13,918 nucleotides of DNA, taken from the NCBI GenBank assembly GCA_040880145.1, contig JBBDIZ010000022.1, forward strand, positions 1-13,918, in the 5' to 3' direction. Position 1 is the stretch's first letter; each line of letters begins with the position of its first letter. Below are positions 8,152 to 13,918 of this stretch, piece after piece. The notes below the pieces were generated by a model, which ran no database searches, was not told the DNA's origin, and worked only from the letters and a program-made list of their open reading frames with translations. This DNA is from Simkaniaceae bacterium. GTDB lineage: Bacteria > Chlamydiota > Chlamydiia > Chlamydiales > JAJFMI01. A program made the position numbers and the translations under genes.

Positions 8152-8535
8152 CTAGCTTCCTTCGAGAACCGCTACAAACTCATTTAAAGCTTGTTTGAGA
8201 TGTTTGCGGATCTTCTTTTTCAGAAAGGGTCTCAAAATATATGAGAGTCCTCCCTTTAGGTTAAAGGTATAGATAATTTTTGACCCTCTCTCGTGCGGCT
8301 CAACTCTATGAGACATATATATTTTCACAAGAGGAGCTCGCCACTCTAATGTGAATGAGACATTTTTTTCAATAGAGACAATTTTAAACGCACTTCCCTT
8401 TCGTTTATCGCTATAGGCGTGTCCCGTCTGTCCTACTTTAAAGCTGCCTTGTTTTCGATCCCACTGATGAGATTCTTGCCACAATCTCCAAACTTTTTTG
8501 GGCTTTGCTCTTGAAAGAATCGATTCTTCAATCAT
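8152..8535 (-). CDS. SRPBCC / polyketide cyclase-dehydrase (START-like) family protein, 127 aa
   Basis: IEESILSRAKPKKVWRLW..W N-terminal pattern, beta-rich core, C-terminal helix LKQALNEFVAVLEG; 4 nt upstream of speD. Confidence 0.75.
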   Translation of the reverse strand: MIEESILSRAKPKKVWRLWQESHQWDRKQGSFKVGQTGHAYSDKRKGSAFKIVSIEKNVSFTLEWRAPLVKIYMSHRVEPHERGSKIIYTFNLKGGLSYILRPFLKKKIRKHLKQALNEFVAVLEGS

Positions 8536-8666
8536 ATTAATTCCTTTTTTATAAATATACCGATTCTTGAAGTCGTTTCGATATATACTCCATTATACCA
8601 AAATGAATTCAAAAATTCCATTTTACTCCTGCATAAGGTATACTTAAATAGTAAGTCGGTATTAAA

Positions 8667-9746
8667 ATGAAAAATTCATTTGTCTTTCTAGGCAATCAAC
8701 TCATGCGCGCTTGGGAACAACTCATAGGGGTCATGCTTCCTCCGAATGCCCGCGTTTTTCAAGTCCAAAATCCCGGCAAAATGCTTTGTCATGAATCCAA
8801 ACCCTTAATGATGTTTTCAAAAGATTATGGCTATTTTGCAGTTAAAAAGCCCTTAGTCGGCAAGGTAACCAAGTCTAAAGAGGATACTGAATTCGTCTTA
8901 AGCGCATTAAAGCATGCTTATGAAGTTTTTTACGATCCCGAGGTTACTGAATTAGCCGTTGCTGAAATCCTTACAAAAGTCTTTGCCTATCGAACCTTTG
9001 AAGAAGGGCTTGAGCTTCAAATCCCTTCTTTAGACGGAAAGAATAAACTCCATCTTGTCGATTATAGGGTTGATAAAATTTTTGACCTATGGAAAAATAT
9101 TCCGGCTTTTGGATTACTGCCTATCTCCTCAACTCTTGCATCTCCAATTTTGCTTTTTCGCGGCACCCAATTTTCTCCTTTTATCAAGAGTGGCCGAGGC
9201 TCCATTATTGCCGATCTCGACCCAAGAGGACCTGGTCGAACCCTATTTGAGTACGCAAAACCCAAACTTAAATTATGGCTTGATCAGACGACAAAGGTCA
9301 ATAAAGCCCGCGTTATGGGGTATAGTTTAGGCGGAGCGCTCGCAGCCTATATGCTAATCGATTCTCCTGATTTCTTTTCTTTGGATCCAAACAATTCATC
9401 CTATCTCTTCCATCTTCCCGGAATTGGAATCGATCTTTTTGAAAAATGGCAAGCGATGCCGCAAGAGAGCCGTCCAGCCTTTAAGGCTTTTATTTGCGAG
9501 GGGGATTTAGTCTCTAAAATTGGCCACCTTTTTGGCAGTACTTCACAACTTAAGCTTAGCAAACCTTTACCTCCTATTTCAGCTCATACAACCCTTCTGT
9601 TTTCCCAAAGGTGTTTTCATATTCATTCCGTAGATATTCCAAAGGAAAATAATTCATTCTATCGGCGCCACTACACCATTATTCACAAAAGTACATCTGA
9701 GCTTTTTTACAAAATGGGGCTGAAAAAAGCGTTTCCTAAACTTTAA
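8667..9746 (+). CDS. Lipase class 3-like alpha/beta hydrolase, 359 aa
   Basis: ILLFRGT oxyanion motif, GYS220LGG nucleophile, EGDLVSKIG acid motif, SAHT His; 3' end overlaps the convergent gene by 11 nt. Confidence 0.85.
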   Translation: MKNSFVFLGNQLMRAWEQLIGVMLPPNARVFQVQNPGKMLCHESKPLMMFSKDYGYFAVKKPLVGKVTKSKEDTEFVLSALKHAYEVFYDPEVTELAVAEILTKVFAYRTFEEGLELQIPSLDGKNKLHLVDYRVDKIFDLWKNIPAFGLLPISSTLASPILLFRGTQFSPFIKSGRGSIIADLDPRGPGRTLFEYAKPKLKLWLDQTTKVNKARVMGYSLGGALAAYMLIDSPDFFSLDPNNSSYLFHLPGIGIDLFEKWQAMPQESRPAFKAFICEGDLVSKIGHLFGSTSQLKLSKPLPPISAHTTLLFSQRCFHIHSVDIPKENNSFYRRHYTIIHKSTSELFYKMGLKKAFPKL

Positions 9747-10707
9747 GCCACTGAAAAAGAACAGAATCCATCCAACGGAATCCTCCAAAATGCCCCGGAG
9801 ATCCTAAAAATCCCATATGGCCTCCATTTTGGGTTTTAAAAATACGAACATTAGGGGGTAAATGAAGAACATCACAAGCATTGGGATCGATAATGGGATC
9901 ATCGAGAGAGTAGAGAATTTCGCAAGGAATCTTAATCTGATCAAGTAGAGAGAATGCGCTTGATTTTTCATAGTATTCAACTGCGGATAAATGACCGATA
10001 TGCGGCGCTGTAAAATGCTCATCAAAATCAAAAAGCTTCATATCAGCATGAAGACGGATTTGAGGAAGTTCCGGAAAAAGCTTTTGTCTATAAGTGGCAT
10101 CTTCTACCAGAAGTTTCATAAAATAGCGTTCATAAATCCGATTGGCAGGATACCCGAGCATTCGACTGCTTGTCGCCAACTGAACCGGTGGACTAATTCC
10201 AATGACATGATCAATAAGGTGCTCGTTATCCCGCCCAAGCTCGCCGGCTAGTTTTAAAACCGCATTCCCTCCCATAGAAAATCCGATCAAATAAAGAGGT
10301 GATTTTGGCTTCCGCTTCTTTATCTGCTTGCATGCTAGGTAAAAATCACGGCTTGTATCACTAGGATACATATGCCGAGCGAGCCCTCTTGATGATCCAC
10401 AGCCTCTCATATTTAAGCGGCATGTCCGGATCCCTTTCTTAAAAAGTTTTTTTGACAATCGGATCAAGTAAGCTGAGCGATGCGAACCACAAAGTCCATG
10501 AGCCATGATAATGGTCGGCATCTCCTCACTCCAGCTCTTTGGCGTTGAGATCTCCATCGTTAATAAATCCTGATCAGGCAGGAGGATATATTCAGTTTTC
10601 GACTTGGGTTCCCTATAAAAATTGATACATGATGCAAGTATGGTTTGACCATGGCGGCCTGATAGGAAGGGAAACGGCTTAAAATCGGGACTATTACTCA
10701 TAATCAT
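9736..10707 (-). CDS. YheT/ABHD1-3-like alpha/beta hydrolase (esterase/phospholipase), 323 aa
   Basis: HGQTIL, HGLCGSHRSAY, NMRGCG, GFSMGGN, SLDDPII and GGHMGF motifs; catalytic triad intact. Confidence 0.9.
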   Translation of the reverse strand: MIMSNSPDFKPFPFLSGRHGQTILASCINFYREPKSKTEYILLPDQDLLTMEISTPKSWSEEMPTIIMAHGLCGSHRSAYLIRLSKKLFKKGIRTCRLNMRGCGSSRGLARHMYPSDTSRDFYLACKQIKKRKPKSPLYLIGFSMGGNAVLKLAGELGRDNEHLIDHVIGISPPVQLATSSRMLGYPANRIYERYFMKLLVEDATYRQKLFPELPQIRLHADMKLFDFDEHFTAPHIGHLSAVEYYEKSSAFSLLDQIKIPCEILYSLDDPIIDPNACDVLHLPPNVRIFKTQNGGHMGFLGSPGHFGGFRWMDSVLFQWLKV

Positions 10708-10773
10708 AAAACTCCGTAATTTATTTATACATAATTACAATTTTAAAATAAAGAATATAAAGTAATTTTATAA

Positions 10774-11277
10774 TTAATGAATTGGGATTCCAAGGATGAA
10801 AACCAGGGACTCTGTACCCGGATTTTTCCACCCAACACTTCCATTTGAGATGTGGTAAAATTGGGCACCCAGTCGCATTTTATTTGGAAAACGTAAAGAT
10901 AGCTCAGCTGAAGAGCGAAATTGCAACGGAAAGCCTAAGCGCTTACCCTTTCCATCATAGTATAGTCCAGGTGCAAAGCTAGGAGAGAAGACCAAATACT
11001 TTCCAAGAAATATATCAAAACAAATACCTCCATACCCATACAATGCCCCTTTTTCCGTACCCATCATTCCGATTAAGGGGCGAATAAAGAGAAAGTCCCT
11101 TTCATAGATATCATAGCTTGAACGATATTCGATTTGATATTGCATTTTTGGATGTTTTCGAGTGACATCGAAAATACCTCCTCCAAAAATAAGCAAGGGA
11201 GGTTTTTTCTCAGAAAAAAGAGAAGCGGCTATAATCAAAAAAAAGAAAGCATTCCTAAAGGATTTTGAAAAAATCAA
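10774..11277 (-). CDS. PagL-like lipid A 3-O-deacylase / acyloxyacyl hydrolase outer-membrane beta-barrel
   Basis: Signal-peptide-like N-terminus (TTG start), alternating beta strands, LQFRSSAEL, catalytic H142-I-S144-N and NPGTE156. Confidence 0.85.
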   Translation of the reverse strand: MIFSKSFRNAFFFLIIAASLFSEKKPPLLIFGGGIFDVTRKHPKMQYQIEYRSSYDIYERDFLFIRPLIGMMGTEKGALYGYGGICFDIFLGKYLVFSPSFAPGLYYDGKGKRLGFPLQFRSSAELSLRFPNKMRLGAQFYHISNGSVGWKNPGTESLVFILGIPIH

Positions 11278-11296
11278 AGTCTTGACTCAGGTGTTT

Positions 11297-12235
11297 TTAG
11301 TTCAATATGGCAGAAAACTTCTTTTTTATCTCTTCTGAAACCTCATAAATTGCCTTTCGGCCTGATTCCAAAATAGTTGCCATCTGAAAAAAACCATGGG
11401 TCATTCCATCAAAACGATGGAGTTTCACAGGAATCGATGCCTCTTTTAAACGATCTGCATAAGACTCTCCATCATCTCGAAGTGGATCATATTCTGCAGT
11501 TATAATTAGAGCGGGCGGTAAGTTTTTAAAGTTTTTGTGAAAAAGTGGCGATAGCATGGGATCATCAAAGGGATGTTTTCGAGGAACAAGCTGCTTTCGA
11601 TACCAAATTAAGCTACTCTCTTCGAGTAAATAGCCTTCTTTAAATTGGGTATGCGAAGGAGAGTTAAACGTAAAATCAAGGAAAGGATAGATCAAAACCT
11701 GAAAACAGGGTTGTATTTTTTCTCCTTTAATTTGATGAGTTAGGCTTGCTACAAGATTTCCTCCCGCATTATCCCCTGCTAAGGCAATTTTTTTTGGAAA
11801 ACTCTTATTTCTATCAATCTCACTCACCAGCCACTTATAGGCGAAGAGGGCATCGTCTAATGCAGCAGGAAAAGGATGTTCCGGAGCAAGGCGATAGCCA
11901 ATACTTAGAACTTGAGAATTCGAGTAAAAAGCCAAATCACGCATGAGCGTGTCAAACGTCTCAATATCCCCTTTTACAAAATTCCCTCCATGAAAATAGA
12001 GAATCACACCTTCACTCTTACCTAAATGGGGACAATAAATCCTAGCTGGAATTTCATGCGTTGGCGTTTTAAGAGAGAACGTTTCCACCTTCGGAAGAGC
12101 GCGAACATCTCCTTGTAAACGCTTTAGATTATGAAAAGACTCTCTCATTTGCTTAAGGGACTGTTCACTAATAAGCGGCAGGTGAGCCTGCTCTGTTTGA
12201 GCGATAATTTCTTCGATTTTTTTGTGCAAAGCCAT
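11297..12235 (-). CDS. HSL-family (abhydrolase_3) esterase homologue with catalytic Ser replaced by Asn
   Basis: YFHGGNF, YRLAPEHPFPAALDD, GDN156AGGNL, LIYP, AEYD250PLRDDG, H280GF. Confidence 0.9.
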   Translation of the reverse strand: MALHKKIEEIIAQTEQAHLPLISEQSLKQMRESFHNLKRLQGDVRALPKVETFSLKTPTHEIPARIYCPHLGKSEGVILYFHGGNFVKGDIETFDTLMRDLAFYSNSQVLSIGYRLAPEHPFPAALDDALFAYKWLVSEIDRNKSFPKKIALAGDNAGGNLVASLTHQIKGEKIQPCFQVLIYPFLDFTFNSPSHTQFKEGYLLEESSLIWYRKQLVPRKHPFDDPMLSPLFHKNFKNLPPALIITAEYDPLRDDGESYADRLKEASIPVKLHRFDGMTHGFFQMATILESGRKAIYEVSEEIKKKFSAILN

Positions 12236-12505
12236 ATTTTTTTAGTTCGTACTTAATTCTTATCTTTATACTCAACTTTTAAATTAATGTGTAAAAAATC
12301 ACACGAAAAAGCTTGATAACAAAAAGAAAGTAAAAATCATGGTTCAAACCATTTTTACTTTAAAAAATCTTTTCGGTTTTTTTAAATTCGAAAGTCGTCT
12401 ACATTCATTCAACATAAGCGATCACAACTTACTGAGGACAAGAATTTTGCCTCACATGAGTTACTCGTTAATAAACTGTTTTTACCCACAACCATGAGGT
12501 ACGGT

Positions 12506-12691
12506 ATGACTAATAGTAAATATCTTAGTACATTGATTGCGGCATCTATGCTTTTAACAAGTGGTCTTTCTGCAGCAAGGTTGGTTATTCATGCTAATAA
12601 CGACAACGGCGAAGAAAAGAAAGAATCAGTTATTGTAATCAATGATACTGAAGAGGGTGGCGAGAAAAAAAAAGACACTCTAGTGTTCTAA
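12506..12691 (+). CDS. Signal-peptide-bearing short ORF, probably the N-terminal part of a frameshifted gene continuing to 13374
   Basis: RBS GAGGT (12496-12500) 5 nt before ATG 12506; MTNSKYLSTLIAASMLLTSGLSA is a typical Sec signal; the stop comes 5 codons after an A9 run. Confidence 0.75.
   Translation: MTNSKYLSTLIAASMLLTSGLSAARLVIHANNDNGEEKKESVIVINDTEEGGEKKKDTLVF
12665..12673 (+). other. A9 homopolymer / A_AAA_AAA slippery site linking the two reading frames (-1)
   Basis: Zero frame GAG AAA AAA AAA GAC; the -1 frame is open from 12652 to the stop at 13372-13374. Confidence 0.65.
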
Positions 12692-12717
12692 ATGCGAATC
12701 AGCGCATAAATACACCC

Positions 12718-12773
12718 TGTGACGAGCTCTTAAAGGGGCATACGATCCCCTGCGTATATGTGAGCTCGTCACA
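12718..12773. repeat. Perfect 12-bp inverted repeat enclosing an inner hairpin
   Basis: TGTGACGAGCTC (12718-12729) / GAGCTCGTCACA (12762-12773); inner AGGGG-catacgat-CCCCT. Confidence 0.8.
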
Positions 12774-13374
12774 AAATAAAAATTTCTCTCTCGATCTTTC
12801 CTTTCAAGATTCTGCGAACATTATCAATGCAGACAATCGTTCCAATGACATTCCCATTGAAACCATCAATTACTTTATTCCATCTTATTGTCGAGTCATT
12901 CATGCCATTTCAATCGATGGCCGTTCCATAGAACTCGATGACAGCACCGTTTGGAAAGTAACCACCGACAATCCACAAGAGATTAAGCAGTATTGGAATA
13001 CAGGTGATATTATAAAGATTTCTAAGTGTAACTTCCCTTCCTGGTCAGGAAGTCGATTTTTTCTAATCAATGATTCGAAAAACATCTATTGTTATGCAGA
13101 ACTCCACCTTCCTCCTCACACAGATCATCCCAATACCAATCGAATCATCGATGTCAACACCTATACCAACTCCGTTACTTTACAAAACAATCAAGGGTTT
13201 CGGACGGCTTGGAAAGTTGACCCTGCAGATCACTTTCAGCTTCGCTGCTGGAAGGTGGGACACCATGTTATTGTCGGTGTAAACGCTGGAAATTGTTCAA
13301 ATTGGTTCTCAAAATATGAAAATATTCTCTACAACATTGAGACTGATTACATCAGCAAAGTAAACGAAATGTAA
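12760..13374 (+). CDS. Hypothetical protein with two internal beta-rich Trp-containing repeats; likely C-terminal part of the frameshifted gene
   Basis: Repeat 1 SIELDDSTVWKV..YWNTGDIIKI..W...FFLIN; repeat 2 SVTLQNNQGFRTAWKV..CWKVGHHVIV..W...ILYN. The GTG start has no properly spaced RBS. Confidence 0.8.
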   Translation: MSSSQNKNFSLDLSFQDSANIINADNRSNDIPIETINYFIPSYCRVIHAISIDGRSIELDDSTVWKVTTDNPQEIKQYWNTGDIIKISKCNFPSWSGSRFFLINDSKNIYCYAELHLPPHTDHPNTNRIIDVNTYTNSVTLQNNQGFRTAWKVDPADHFQLRCWKVGHHVIVGVNAGNCSNWFSKYENILYNIETDYISKVNEM

Positions 13375-13384
13375 AGATTAAAGC

Positions 13385-13424
13385 AGGCTGAATGTTGGGA
13401 AATGGATATAACAGCATTCAGCCT
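13385..13424. repeat. Intergenic 13-bp stem-loop (one G-U pair, 14-nt loop)
   Basis: AGGCTGAATGTTG (13385-13397) / CAGCATTCAGCCT (13412-13424); no U-tract on the + strand. Confidence 0.7.
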
Positions 13425-13443
13425 CAAAAATTAGGAGAAAAAA

Positions 13444-13918
13444 ATGGGTGTACCAAATACATCAGCTGACCGTCCAACCATAACAAACCGTGAAACAGAA
13501 TTTTACTGTAACATTACGCTTACTGTTATTGGGGTTCTTGCAGCTATTGTTGTTGTGGGAATTGGCATACAGCTTTCTTACTCAATCTTAACGCTAGCCA
13601 TCATTGGGCTTGCAGTCATAGCGCTGACTTCACTGCCCTGGATCGTTGGTTTTTCAAACTGCTTAAAATGTCTTTCATCCTTATCAGACACACAAGGTTC
13701 AAACATGAGTACAAGTAATATTTATTCCTATTCAAGCTCAAGCTCTCAAGAGATTTCCGGCTCTAATCGCCCTGTGAAGGGCTCTGCTAACAACAATCTT
13801 AATCAAAGCAATCAGCCATTGATAAATCAAAAGGTTTCCGGCTTTGGACGGGCTGTGATTGGTTCTGCTAACAACAATCTTAATCAAAGCAATCAGCCAT
13901 TGACTAAGGAAAGGGTTT
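13444..13918 (+). CDS. Inc-like membrane protein (bilobed hydrophobic domain, Ser/Asn-rich repeat tail); truncated by the window end and absent from the ORF track
   Basis: RBS AGGAG 13433-13437, ATG 13444, open for 158 codons to the edge: MGVPNTSADRPTITNRETEFYCNITLTVIGVLAAIVVVGIGIQLSYSILTLAIIGLAVIALTSLPWIVGFSNCLKCLSS... Confidence 0.85.
   Translation, partial: MGVPNTSADRPTITNRETEFYCNITLTVIGVLAAIVVVGIGIQLSYSILTLAIIGLAVIALTSLPWIVGFSNCLKCLSSLSDTQGSNMSTSNIYSYSSSSSQEISGSNRPVKGSANNNLNQSNQPLINQKVSGFGRAVIGSANNNLNQSNQPLTKERV
13753..13918 (+). repeat. In-frame 81-bp (27-aa) tandem repeat, two units plus the probable start of a third
   Basis: 40-bp exact core at 13783-13822 and 13864-13903; units ISGSNRPVKGSANNNLNQSNQPLINQK / VSGFGRAVIGSANNNLNQSNQPLTKER. 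Confidence 0.9.

Noticed and set aside
9736..9746. Overlap of convergent 3' ends
   Set aside because: Short convergent overlaps are routine in compact genomes.
12692..12773. Retron msr/msd-like or MITE-like element
   Set aside because: No reverse transcriptase or transposase nearby, no target-site duplication and no second copy in the window.
13753..13918. 40-bp direct repeat with a 41-bp gap resembling a CRISPR repeat-spacer unit
   Set aside because: The period is a multiple of 3 inside an open frame, the intervening segments are homologous to each other, and no cas genes are present.

Overview
AT-rich bacterial chromosome segment, most consistent with an environmental member of Chlamydiota. 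This is an inference from two Inc-like bilobed hydrophobic proteins, an ankyrin protein and the general protein content. It holds about 17 CDS and a tRNA-Leu(TAG). No transposase, integrase, CRISPR array or rRNA is visible. Order: two minus-strand hypotheticals (one with a permuted papain-like His/Cys dyad), a Bcr/CflA-type MFS transporter, tRNA-Leu, two very AT-rich orphan ORFs, a tandem double-VOC protein, a minus-strand run SRPBCC / SpeD-like pyruvoyl decarboxylase / YkgJ-like Cys-cluster protein / ankyrin / secreted hydrolase, a cluster of lipid-ester hydrolases (lipase-3-like, YheT-like, PagL-like, HSL-family), a split exported protein and a truncated Inc-like protein with 81-bp repeats. 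Most notable: (1) a candidate ~65-70 nt sRNA at ~5733-5801 with its own TTGCAA-N17-TATGAT promoter, an exposed anti-Shine-Dalgarno ACCUCCU seed and a perfect 16-bp terminator; (2) a signal-peptide ORF and the next ORF that join through a -1 shift at an A9 run (12665-12673), either recoding/phase variation or an assembly error; (3) an HSL esterase whose catalytic Ser is Asn (GDNAGG), heading a putative PagL/YheT operon; (4) an orphan SpeD homologue lacking the AdoMet-binding Trp/Glu.
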